Shown: one piece after another, positions 51,916 to 64,000 of the stretch
Numbering within the stretch: the stretch's first letter is position 1
Layout of the letters: the number at the start of each line of letters is the position of its first letter
Origin: the human T2T-CHM13v2.0 reference genome, Homo sapiens
Assembly (NCBI RefSeq): GCF_009914755.1
Contig: NC_060927.1
Strand: one strand, 5' to 3'
DNA: 64,000 nt
Made by a program: the position numbers and the translations under genes
Notes under the pieces: generated by a model
The model's input: the letters and a program-made list of their open reading frames with translations, nothing else
What the model was told of the DNA's origin: nothing
The model's database searches: none

Positions 51916-54070
51916 TCAACATAACTTTTAAAATCCAGAATGTCAGTACTAAAAGGAGCCTTTTAAGTATTAGAATTCAACTTAATGAAATGTTGCTACG
52001 TATTTTCTCTGTTCTCATCACTGACGTAGCTGCTTTGGAGCATCTATATCTGATATTTAGATAGTGGATGGCTTCTTGCAAACACTTACATTGCTCACGT
52101 AGTAATGTGAACCAACAGATTGGTGGCCCGGGCAGCAACATATTTTCTATAATCTGTAGCATGAAGCCAACTGAGGTGTGACCGTGGTATTTCCTGAAGT
52201 GGCTTTCTTTTGCTTTTCTGTTTTGATTATTATGTGGCTGTGGATTTAGTTCACACCATCACTGTGAAGAATTTTCGAAACTTAAGAATCAAGCTCTGTT
52301 TATACATTTTCAACGTAAGCCCTTAATTACAGTCACTCCTCGGGCCCAGTGATTTTACAGTTACATGTCAGATTGAGGGGTTTCATCTTGAGAATGTCAG
52401 CTGGCTCTGTGAAGAAGAAGAAGAGCAGATACGTGAGTTACCCAGAGGAGTGCTGATTGAGTCCAGGAGTCTTTCTGTTTAAGAGCACATTGAAAGAGTT
52501 TGTGTGTCTATTTGTAAAACCATTTTGGAGATGATAAAAAGCATTCTGAGACACACAAATTTTTTTTCTGTTTTCAAAGGCAAGACAGAGACATGTGGAC
52601 AGGTTGATGAAGGGATCATTGTGATCTTTTCTCTCAGAACTTGATTTTCATTACTTGAACTTTGTCTTCTATGCTTTTATTACCAACACCTGTACACAAA
52701 GGTACACATAATACTTGCAAAAAAGAGAAGAAACTGTTTTCAGACTGGGGCTCTATTAAGTGTTCATTGACCACAGTCTACAACAACAAAAATGACAATT
52801 CCTGCTTGCCATTGAAAATAATGCAATTGAAAAGAAAGGGCGGAAGCAAGTTCTTGGCTGCATAGCTTCAGTCTGATGCCATATTCTAGAGTGAAAAGGT
52901 ATTGGCTTGGTTTTGAGGCCTGCCTTCATCACGTGAAGGCTCTGTGGCATGGCAGGGTTATCTTACGCTATTGAACCTCAGTTTCTCCATTTATCCAATA
53001 GAGATGGAAAGTATTGGCCTGCATTTATTTCTCCTTCAAATGACATATTGTATAGAAGCGTATTGTAAGTTGTAGGTACTTAACAAACATGAAGGACTGT
53101 TATGATCTCACTTTCTGGGCTAAGGAGAAAATGGTGGGATGAGTTTCATGTCCTTTTCTTTGTGGTTTTGACTCCAGCAGCTTCCAAACGACTTTTGCTG
53201 ATGTTTCCTAATTAGCAATGCTGAATCTCGTGTTGTATCAATCCTCCCCATTCCTTAAGATGGAAACAAGTGTTCCAGTTATAGCTATACCATGTGCCTG
53301 ACAGGAAAGAATTGGGTTGCCATCAGAACCTTAATTTATCAATCTCAGTGGCTTAAAATTTTGAATTTGCAGCTTAATATTATTCATTAACAAAGTATTT
53401 TTCATCCCTTAGCTTTCCTCCAGGGAACAAAAGGAAATGGTACACACTAGCTCTTCTAACAAGCTCTCATTCAATAAAGGATGGTGTGCCCTTAATTTTG
53501 TTAGCATGTGTATAAAGAATGTACTTTTAGTGGACATGCTTCACTTTGCAAATATAGTGCATAATTTTCAAATACATCTTTGACTCTTCCTCAAACCTGC
53601 TCAGAAGCTGTGTTTTTCCTCTCTTCATTAAAATGTTCCAACCTGGAAATTTTCTCTTTACAATTCAGATATTTTTCACTTCTTGGGAAGGGAATAACTA
53701 AATAATTTCAATACTTTAAACTACAAGGATGATGTATTTTTGTTCTACACAGCATTGATATGGTGGAGCTGTATTCTTTTTCTAATATACAAATAATATA
53801 GGGCTGTAAGGGTTTGTATCATTGCATGTATATGTTAAGAGGATAAGAGGTATGTATAAAAGTAAATTTTGAGAAATTATAAGTATAAACCAAAAAGTCT
53901 TATACCTTTAGCAATGCCTTTAAATCTTGAACTTGAAAGAAAAAGTTATGCCCGACTCGTTGATTGCATATTAAATAGGAAAATACATTTGTTATACTTG
54001 AACTAGATTGTTCTTAGGATTTTGTGAAAGAAAATATATAAGCATGAATTTATTATAGAAAATAAAAATG

Positions 54071-55193
54071 ACCCTAGAAGAAAACCTAGGCAATACCATT
54101 TAGGACATAGGCATGGGCAAAGACTTCATGACTAAAACACCAAAAGCAATGCCAACAAAAGCCAAAATTGACAAATGGGATCTAATTAAACTAAAGAGCT
54201 TCTACACAGCAAAAGAAACTATCATCAGAGTGAACAGGCAGCCTACAGAATGGGAGAAAATTTTTGCAATCTGTCCATCTGAGAAAGGGCTAATATCCAG
54301 AATCTACAAAGAACTTAAACAAATGTACAAGAAAAAAACAAACAACTCCATCAAAAAGTGGGCAAAGGATATGAACAGGCACTTCTCAGAAGAAGACATT
54401 TATGTGGCCAACCAACATATGGAAAAAAAACCTCACTATCACTGGTCATTAGAGCAATGCAAATCAAAACCACAATGAGATACCATCTCACGCCAGTTAA
54501 AGTGGTGATCATTAAAATGTCAGGAAACAACAGATGCTGGAGAGGATGTGGAGAAATAAGAATGCTTTTACACTGTTGGTGGGAGTGTAAATTAGTTCAA
54601 CCATTGTAGAAGACAGTCTGGTCATTCCTCAAGGATCTACAACCAGAAATACCATTTGACCCAACAATCCCATTACTGGATGTATACCCAAACAATTATA
54701 AATCATTCCACTATAAAGACACATGCACACACATATGTTTATTGTGGCACTGTTCACAATAGCAAAGAATTGGAACCAACCCAAATGCCCATCAATGGTA
54801 GACTGGATAAAGAAAATGTGGCACATATGCACCATGGAATACTATGCAGCCATAAAAAAGGATGAGTTCATGTCCTTTGCAGGGACATGGATGAAGCTGG
54901 AAACCATCATTCTCAGCAAACTGACACAGGAACAGAAAACCAAACACCGTATGTTCTCACTCATAATTGGGAGTTGAAGAATGAGAACACATGGACACAG
55001 GGAGGGTAACATCACACACCGGGGCCTGTTGGGCAGTGGGAGACTAGGGAGGGATAGCATTAGGAGAAATACCTAATGTAGATGACAGGTTGACGGATGC
55101 AGCAAACCACCGTGGCATATGTATACCTATGTAACAAACCTGCACGTTCTGCACATGTATCCCAGAACTTAAAGTATAATTTAAAAAAAAAAA
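54071..55193 (+). mobile_element. 5'-truncated L1PA (PA7-like), 3' 1.1 kb, sense to LPP
   Basis: ORF2 C-terminal fragments ([12 protein letters not shown]..., CWRGC..HCWWEC), 3'UTR and A tail. Confidence 0.95.
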
Positions 55194-55207
55194 GTAAAAA
55201 AGACATT

Positions 55208-55330
55208 GATTCATTCATTCATTTATTCAGGCAATGTTTGGAACTCATGATGTGCCAGGCACTGTTTTAGGACCAGGAATAAGCAATGACCAAAGTATTT
55301 GCTCTCCTGATAGATTATAAACAAATAAAT
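55208..55330 (-). mobile_element. L2 3' end
   Basis: (TTCA)n...ATGTGCCAGGCACTGTTTTAGG. Confidence 0.6.
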
Positions 55331-56671
55331 ATATAATAGCTCAAGCTGTGAAAGTCACAGGCACACAGAGACACACACATCTCCAACATATGCAGCAAGG
55401 TAATGAGATAAAGAATTCCTGGCCATTTTTTGTGATACAGGATAGATGTAATGGTTTCCTATCAGTTTTATCATTTTTAAGGTCTCTCTTCTTAGAATAA
55501 ATTATTTTATTTGTTTCTTCCGTATGCCATTTAACAGGGAGGGGAAGTTTTCTGCCAGTTTTGCACCCACTGTTTTTCTTTTTCAGTAAGAGCCTTCTCA
55601 TAGTCTGCTTGAAGGCAGCGGTCTTGCCACATGTGTTCTATGCATAATAATTTCAGGAGAGTCTTGTCCACAATGCTTGGTTGATTACGGCTTGTGGGAC
55701 ACCACTTAAATGACTAGAAACAGCTCTCTTTAATAAACACACTGGTGTTGTCCATCATTTTAAGTGAGCATGAGAGCCCAGCTTCATTTTGCCACTCCAA
55801 TCTCACACGGCCTAGAAGAACTAGTGAAAGTAGCAGGTGGTGTTTGACTTTCAGTTTTTCTGAAATGTGTCTCTTTCTGCCACTCTCCAGACGCCGTGCC
55901 AGTCAGGCCCTCAAGGTCAAAACATCATGAAATTGACCATAGATTATCTCAGCCTTTTCTTTTTAAAAGTGTCATTGTAACCTGTTGGTTACTGTGTATG
56001 TCATTTAACTTCTCTGTCTTTAGTTTCTGAAGTAACTGGTTTTACATTGCCATCAAAAGGCTTCTGTGGGTTTTTATTTTTCTTTGTTTTTATTTGTTTG
56101 TAAACAATCTCCTTTTCTAAACTCATTTCCCCAAATTTCCTTAATTTTTCACGGACTGATGAAAATGTTTTGCTGCTTCCAGAGCTTGTCAGCTTCTCTT
56201 TGTGGCATTGCTTTCATTGTTGTTCTCCAAGTTCCCACTCAGCTCCTGCTTTCTTCAAAAAACCCTTTGGTTTCTAACATCTATGTTTTCAACATGGCAA
56301 TGGAGTGAGTTGCCCAGGGAATGATTGGACCGTGATTGTTTTCATGGCTTTCTTTTGCCTTTTCTCCATGTCCTTTTTAGCTCTAAGCCTCATTTGTAAG
56401 CTTTCTAGAAATGTGGATTCTATTATAGAACTTCTGTTTTTCTCATTTTTGTAGTTGCTTTCTCAAGAGCAGGTGCTGGTGACCACAGGACGAGTGAGAG
56501 ACGAGATGGTGTCTCTCCTTTAGCAGTTGGCTTAATTAAGGAGGTTTTTTGAAGTGTATGGGCTTCAAAAAGTCTGACATGTGAGTTGTGGCCTGTGTGG
56601 TCTAACTCTGATTCCTTTGGATACAGAACCTTAGAAAGCCTTGAGAAAAACCTCAGAGATCATCTATGCAA

Positions 56672-56827
56672 TCAATTCTGGCTTTACCTGGAGGGAGTTT
56701 TATAAAACACAAATGCCAGGGCTTCAACTTGAGAGACTCTGATTTCATTGTTTTGCAGTGGGTCTGCACATCAGTAGTTTATAGAAATTTCCCACATGAT
56801 TTTGTGAAACCAGGGTTGAGAATCACT
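56672..56827. mobile_element. MER5B-like hAT element
   Basis: AGAGACTCTGATTTCATTG...CCAGGGTTGAGAATCACT. Confidence 0.6.
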
Positions 56828-56872
56828 TGATTTTACAGGGCATATATAAGGTCCAAAGCAAAAGTGACTCTT

Positions 56873-57329
56873 GGCTGGGCGTGGTGGCTCACGCCTGTAA
56901 TCCCAGCACTTTGGGAGGCCGAGGTGGGAGGATCATGAGGTCAGGAGATCGAGACCAGCCTGCCCAACATGGTGAAACCCCGTCTCTACTAAAAATACAA
57001 AAATTAGTCAGGCATGGTGGCAGGTGCCTGTAATCCCAACTACTCAAGAAGCTGAGGCAGGAGAATTACTTGAATCCAGGAGGCAGAGGTTGCAGTGAGC
57101 AGAGATTGCACCATAGCAGTCCAGCCTGGGCGACAGAGTGAGACTGTCTCAAAAAAAAAAAAAAAAAAAATTAACCTGTCATGGTGGCATGTAATCCCAG
57201 CTACTCCAGAGGCTGATGCAGGAGAATCACTTAAAACCCGGGAAGTGGAGGTTGCAGTGAGCCGAGATCGCGCCATTGCACTCCAGCCTGGGCGACACAG
57301 CAAGACTCCATCTTAGAAGAAAAAAAAAA
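56873..57329 (+). mobile_element. Three-armed Alu (left arm, right arm, A20, second right arm, A tail)
   Basis: Full AluS at 56873-57170 followed directly by another right monomer at 57171-57329. GTGACTCT flanks both outer ends. Confidence 0.92.
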
Positions 57330-57900
57330 GGTGACTCTCCGGGATTCTATAGCAGTATGGCCATAGAGTAAGGACAAGAACATATGCCTCCTCATTTACC
57401 ATCAGTGCTATTTCTATTTTGTTTACTACCATTTACTCTCATTTGATTGTGTCAAATTATCTACTGTTGTACTGGGGGGCCAGAGTGGATTCCCAAGCCT
57501 CAACCACATAGAAGAGTAGATTGGAGGTTGTTTTCAAACTATTCAACATTATCAGTGGGTTGAATTTGTAAGCTATCAACTCAAAATATAAAGATAATTT
57601 TTATAACAGGGTCTATATTGGATTGTAAAAAGAGGGTCATAGGATTTGGATCTTTAGGGCTCTGTAATTCAAAATTTGGGATGTTCATTAGGACTATTTG
57701 TGTTATGTTGTAAAACAATTGTACTTGTTGGCAGACGTCTTGGGTTCAAGTTATGATTTTGCATTTAGGAGGTTTGGGAACGTGGACAAACTCCCTTTTG
57801 AGTTTTCCTTCACCCCGTCTTTGTAATGGAGATAATATTCTCATTTCCCTGGGTTTTTAGGAAGGTTACCTGAGATGACTCGTGCAAAAGCTAACACATA

Positions 57901-58072
57901 ATAGATAATAATATCTATCTAAATAGATATTATTTAGATATCTATCTATATTGAGATATCTATATTTAGATAAAGATATCTATATTTAGATAAAGATATC
58001 TATATTTAGATATCTATATTTAGATAAAGATCTATATTTAGATATCTTTATCTAAATATCTATCTAAATAAA
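57901..58072. repeat. AT-rich GATA/TATC minisatellite with palindromic structure
   Basis: 20-bp unit GATATCTATATTTAGATAAA repeated, with inverted copies at the ends. Confidence 0.88.
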
Positions 58073-58999
58073 TGTTAATTTATTCTGAAGTGTGGTAAGT
58101 TTATCTAACATTTACTGTAGCAACCAAGGTGGGGCTAAATATGGGGACCAATCAGAAAGATGATCTCTGTCAGTTTTGCCTAGGACGTTCAGTGGGACTT
58201 GGGTAGGAGACTGTGGACTAATCTCACCTATGGAAATTTGTGTGGCCTGTGCTATAACTGAGAGGAACCAAGTAAGCCTGTGTATATGGCAAATGGTAGT
58301 CCTCTCCCAAACAACATTTGTAAAGAAAATGCATTTTGCACTATTTCTTAGTGTGTCTGAGGCTTTTTATGTTCATAAAAATCTTAGTGAGTTGTTGAAA
58401 CGTGCTTTTCTGAAAAACCTTGGAATTTACCTGGTTTAGAATTAGAATCAGAAATGTGTCTTTTTAAACTGTATTCTACCTTCTTAAATCTTTTGCCTTC
58501 TGCAGCAACATGGAGCAACTCTGATACTTTTTTCTACTTGAGGGCCTTTCGTAGTCAGAGATTATACTAAGATAGCAAAAAATAGAAAGTGACACACTAG
58601 TCAAGGTTGGTTTATTGTGTGGTAGGAAATCCAAAAGACGTTGGAAGCAACAACAATAGCTCTGAGGTCCTTGGAACCAGGAGTTTTGAAACTTTTACTT
58701 TATTGCACGTCTGTTGACATGATTCCATGAATATTTCTGCTCTTTCTCCCTTATGTATACCAGATCCACTGGGCTGAGTTAAATATAAGACCCCAAGCAT
58801 GGTCAATTCTTATTAATAGTCCTTGAAGAGGCTCTCTCTTGTTTTTGATTGACTTTCTTTTTCTTTCTTTTCTTTTCCTCATCCTTTCTCCTTCTTCCAT
58901 TCTCCCTTCCACCTCATAGAAGCCTAATGGGCTTGGAATAGCACTTATAAATGCATGAATTTTTAGAAATATATACTATTGTTTTCATTTCCACAATAA

Positions 59000-59240
59000 T
59001 CATGCCTAACATTTATCAGCCACTTCCCATATGCTAGGCTCTCTTTCAAGTCCTTTAAATGTAATAACTATAATAATCTCACAACAAACTCCATGAGACA
59101 GGGACTGTTATCTAGTGTGTTTTATAGATTAGAAAACTGAGACACAAAGAAAGTAACTTTCTAAGCTCACATACCTGGTGAGTCAGTAGCTGAGGCAAGA
59201 TTTAAAATCAGGCAATCTGACTGTACATCTCACTCTTCGC
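59000..59240 (-). mobile_element. MIR
   Basis: TAATCTCACAACAA...TTTATAGATTAGAAAACTGAGACAC. Confidence 0.7.
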
Positions 59241-59355
59241 TACTTTGTCCTTGTGCCTTTAGATCATGGTTCTGTGCTATCGATCTGATCTTATTTCTTA
59301 CTCTTTTTACTACTGTTGTTGCTCAGCATAGTCTTCCCCCCTCAAAAATAAGTAA

Positions 59356-59668
<313 letters not shown>

Positions 59669-59973
59669 TGTATTATGAATTATAATACATAGATAACGTG
59701 TAAATATTTAATGTCACATATTATTCGTGTGAGTTAGATTTGTAAATTTGATTAGCGCTGAGACATTGGTATTAGTTTTTTCTACAGATGAGAAAACAAT
59801 TACATACTTTTACAAATGATACAAATATGTGTGAAATATATTTAATCACATACATGAATAATGCTCAGTGAGCAGGCATAGAATTGTCAGGACCTTTGCA
59901 GTATCTCCAATATATACCCTGCCCATAGATTAGGAACTATTGCTGTACTATTGCTCATCAGTTTAAATAATTA

Positions 59974-60346
<373 letters not shown>

Positions 60347-60379
60347 TTAGGAGGTTTACTACTTGTAATACTGTAGAGT

Positions 60380-60760
60380 CTTCCAGAGTGTGCATCCATT
60401 GTATTTCACTGATTGATTTCGTTAGTGATACACCTCAAAGTGAGGTAGTCATATACCTCCAACTCTTGGCTGCCACAAATATACTGTCGTGAGCATTTTG
60501 TATATGTGTTCTTAATGATTGGCAGAAGTTAGCTCAGGATTTGTGGCTATGGGGAGCGTGCTTGACCATAGTGCATTTTAATATTGAGTTTCACTAGGCT
60601 CTGTGTTTTTTGTTTTTTGTTTTTGTTTTTTTTTAAACATAAAGGCTACACTAGGGTTACTTTCCCCCAGTAAAGCATTAGGATTCTTGTTTTCTTCATG
60701 CCATCACCAGCACGGGGTATTGCATGACTTTATATTTTTTGCTAATATGATGGGTATGGA
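60380..60760 (-). mobile_element. Ancient L1ME-like fragment
   Basis: ACTTTCCCCCAGTAAAGCATTAGG...TTTTTGCTAATATGATGGGT resembles antisense old L1. Confidence 0.45.
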
Positions 60761-61009
60761 ACTACTAGTACCTCCTGGTTTCTGCTTCTTTTCCATACAT
60801 AGTAAACAGATTCAGTCTCTCAAAATTACTGGGAAGAAAAGTGATTTGTTTCATAAGTGTTAAGTGTCTGTTTCTGGTCATGGCTATCTCTGGGACTGTG
60901 GTCATAGAGAGGCATACTGGCTATTCAGCAGGGTTTCTGAGTGGGAAAAAAATCTCTTGAAAATGTGGTGTTGTCAAGGAAGGCCATTTTACTGATGTTA
61001 CTTCAGGGC

Positions 61010-61530
61010 CCTTCTTTCATTCCTTCATATTTTTCAATATTTATTGTATGGCAATTGCATTGTAGAAACTTTTCTAGGTACTTGGGAACAAAATTGTGAA
61101 CAAAATAGACATGTCCTGTGGTTTCTCTGGAACCTTTAGTGTGGTCAAGGGGACAGGCATTAATCAAAATACTCAAGCAAACATTTAATTACAAACTATC
61201 ATGAGTGCTACAAAGGGAAAGGAGAAGAGCTCTGGTATATAACGGGGTAGATGATCTGTGTGTGCTTACTTGATGCAGGTGTCTTTTGGGGATGCTATAA
61301 GATAGAAAATTTAGAGGATAAGGTAAAGCAGTAGGAGGAATATTCAGACAGAGAGAATAATGTGTGCAGAGATCCACAGGCAAGAGGGAATGTGGCATCC
61401 TCGAGGGATAGTGAAACCAGAGTTGTTTTGAGGACTTTTATTCATTTATTCAACATATTTTTATGGAGTGCTTACTATGCTCTAGAATATGACAGTGAAC
61501 AAGACAGAACACTAGGAGATGTTTGAGATG
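61010..61530 (-). mobile_element. L2 fragments
   Basis: GTGAACAAAATAGAC..., TTCATTTATTCAACATATTTTTATGGAGTGCTTACTATG. Confidence 0.6.
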
Positions 61531-62832
61531 AGGCCGAAAAAATAGGTAAGGGGCTCGCCCTATTGTACACTCATCTCCCTTGGTTTGTTTTTTTGTGTGT
61601 TTTCAGAGAGAAACAGCCGTACTTAACAATCTGGTTTCAGATTCTTTTAACCTTCTGTTTGCCTTTCTCTGAAGGTGCTACAGTTTGTTTGACACCCTCT
61701 TCAAGAGGGGCCAGTAGAACTAAGGATAAAATTTTTAAGTCTTCCCATCAAGAAATGTGTCGTTAACATTAATTAAGTTTCCTCACTGTTATCAATGAAT
61801 ATCCCTCCGTATCCTTCTCTTTCACTAGCTGAGCATTATATTATGTGTTGTTCAAGGGCAGATAGTCTGTGAAGAAGTGCTTTAAAAACTGATAGCGTGT
61901 GGGCTCTGAGCATGTTGTGCGGCTGACTGGCCCCCACCTCCTCTTGTTTCCTTTCTCCCCAGAAAGGCCTCACTTGCTGCATGACAAGTCAGGCTATTGT
62001 TTGCTCATTCGATATTGTCAGCTAAGATGCTTCACAATTCCTTAAGAATTTATTATTGTTGTTGTTGAGGGATGATAGAGTCCTCTTCTTCTCATTTAAG
62101 TGACGTGTATCGAAAAGGAAAAATGACAAATAAGAAAGGACTTGGGAAAATTTCCTCCACTCCTGACTTCCAGACCTTTAGAACTTAATGCTTTCCGTTC
62201 AGTACTTCTGCCCCCTAACCTTAAAGTCTTGAGAGAAGAATGACTGGTGTTGACAGGATGCTTGTTTACTGGCTTCTGCCTAATTTTTGAGGCATGAAGT
62301 GGCCATCTCATATAAAGCAAGTAGTTCACATCCTGGGACTGAGACTACAACCTGGTTTCTCCTTGTCTTGTTTCGATGGAGTTATTCTGTATCCTGTGAA
62401 GAATCTCTGTTTTGTCATATTGTATTCCCTCTTTAAATCTTTTATATCTCTTTCTCGTACTATTTTGCCCCTGATGCTGTTTCTTTCTTTATTTTAAGCT
62501 TTAGATTCACCTCTTAAGTTGTCAGCCCACATGGCCATACATGACCATGGTTCTTACTGGTGTGAAGAAAGCAGATTGTAGCTGGTTGTTTGAGATGCCT
62601 TCTTAGGTGGACCAACCTCTCTCGGGTTCTTTGGTTTTATCTCTTGCTCTTCCTCTTGAATGTTTATGATACTTCCTGGTCACGTCATTTCTCTTTGACT
62701 CTTTCTTTCTTCCTTCCTTAGGTTCCGGATTCATACAGGTATGAATCTACTTCCCCATCTTTGCCAACCCTGGCATCGTGCCCCCTTGATTCCTTGGCTT
62801 TTCACAGGCTAGATGCTTAATGGACTCTGGAA

Positions 62833-62866
62833 GCCTTTATCTCTAGGACGCCTTTATCTGTAGGAC
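62833..62866. repeat. 17-bp tandem duplication
   Basis: GCCTTTATCT(C/G)TAGGAC present twice. Confidence 0.85.
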
Positions 62867-62871
62867 TGGGC

Positions 62872-62925
62872 TTTTTTGTTTGTTTGAGACAGGGTCTCAC
62901 TCCGATCACCCAGGCTGGAGTGTAG
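62872..62925 (-). mobile_element. Very short 3' Alu fragment
   Basis: (TTTG)n-GAGACAGGGTCTCACT...CCCAGGCTGGAGTGTAG, ending abruptly. Confidence 0.85.
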
Positions 62926-63669
62926 ACCTGGGGTTTCTAAACACTCTTCACCTTGTGCTCAGCTCCTTGTATGATACCGACCGGATCCTATCCATGGACA
63001 ATAACAATCTTGAATGTGTTCACAATGCCTGGGGGAATAAGTCCCAATCCGGCCAGGAAATGCTGATCTCCTTCCGACGGGATCTGCTTGTCTCACCTCA
63101 GCGCCAGTTGCTTCCCTTTACAATCTCTTTGCTGGCCAGGTTAGAACATGTGCTAATTCTCTGAAAACACACCATGCTTTCCTTCCTCTGTGTCTTTGCT
63201 TGAATGGTTCTCTCAGTCCAGAATACATTTTAAATATTTCTACTTCCACAAATCTATTCTATAGTATTTATCAAAATAGTACCTTCCCTATTAAGTCTCC
63301 CCTGATTCTTTAGCTGAAAGTTATTTTGATTTCCTCTGAGTTCCTGTTAATTTTGTGGGTACTTCTGTTAGGCTTCTTAGCATTCTACAGATAAGGAGAT
63401 GGGACTTCGTTTAAACAGCTCTGGGCCACAAATATAGCATGTAGAACTGTGGAGATTCTAACTCACATTTTAACCTAAAATGCCATACTCTTTTTATCCT
63501 ATTACATTCTTCTCATTCCATATATGTCTATCTTATGTAGTATGATTGAAGGCAGGGTGCTTGAATAAGGTGTAATGTTTTTGACTACTTAGCATATCCT
63601 AGGCACTGTGTGACATATTTTGCATTTATTTAATTTGGCTGTCATAAAATTTCTGCAAGGCAGGTACAG

Positions 63670-63810
63670 TTACTATTCCCACTTTACATATGAGGAAGTG
63701 AGGTATGGAAAGATTATGTAACTTGTCCAAGGTTAGGCAGCTAGCAGGTGACAGGCAGGACACCAGCTTAGGCAGTGTGGCATCACAGCCTATGCTTGTA
63801 ACTGCCGTGC
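63670..63810 (-). mobile_element. MIR
   Basis: TATTCCCACTTTACATATGAGGAAGTGAGG...AACTTGTCCAAGGT. Confidence 0.75.
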
Positions 63811-64000
63811 AATGCTGTAGGTAAGCAAGAGCTAACAATATAAGCCTGAAACTACTGGCTTTCTCAGTTGATGGTATTTGAGAAGTGTGGTCTATGATAT
63901 TCCTCAGTAACTTTCATCCATGGAAAACCAACATATCTCATTTCTATAGGTTTTAGGATTTAAATATTTTTAAGGATTTTTCTGTTGTAGACTTTAAATT

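Noticed and set aside
52922-52940. GCCTTCA-TCACG-TGAAGGC palindrome containing TCACGTGA
   Set aside because: A single isolated motif near MIR-like sequence, expected by chance in 64 kb.
57940-58045. CRISPR-like regularly spaced repeats
   Set aside because: There are no unique spacers and no cas genes; this is a eukaryotic minisatellite.

Overview
This is primate, almost certainly human, genomic DNA from inside the LPP gene (LIM domain containing preferred translocation partner in lipoma, zyxin family), transcribed on the + strand. The only coding sequence I can support is the first coding exon: exon 15634-15835, ATG at 15643, encoding MSHPSWLPPKSTGEPLGHVPARMETTHSFGNPSISVSTQQPPKKFAPVVAPKPKYNPYKQPGGE with a phase-1 donor. 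The rest is intron filled with transposable elements: 11 Alus or Alu fragments, a TSD-flanked 5.5 kb antisense L1PA with an internal deletion, a twin-primed inverted L1PB, several truncated L1s, L2/MIR/L3 relics, DNA transposon relics (Tigger4a, MER5, MER81, MADE1) and microsatellites. Almost all ORFs in the supplied track are repeat-derived or chance ORFs. I found no convincing new multi-gene system. The observations most worth a second look are: a ~145 bp non-repeat segment copied 3 kb away; an 84 nt near-perfect hairpin; tandem in-frame splice donors on the ATG exon; dense immune transcription-factor motif clusters; a three-armed Alu inside one TSD; and L1 insertion-mechanism scars. Repeat subfamily names come from my recollection of consensus sequences, not from a RepeatMasker run.
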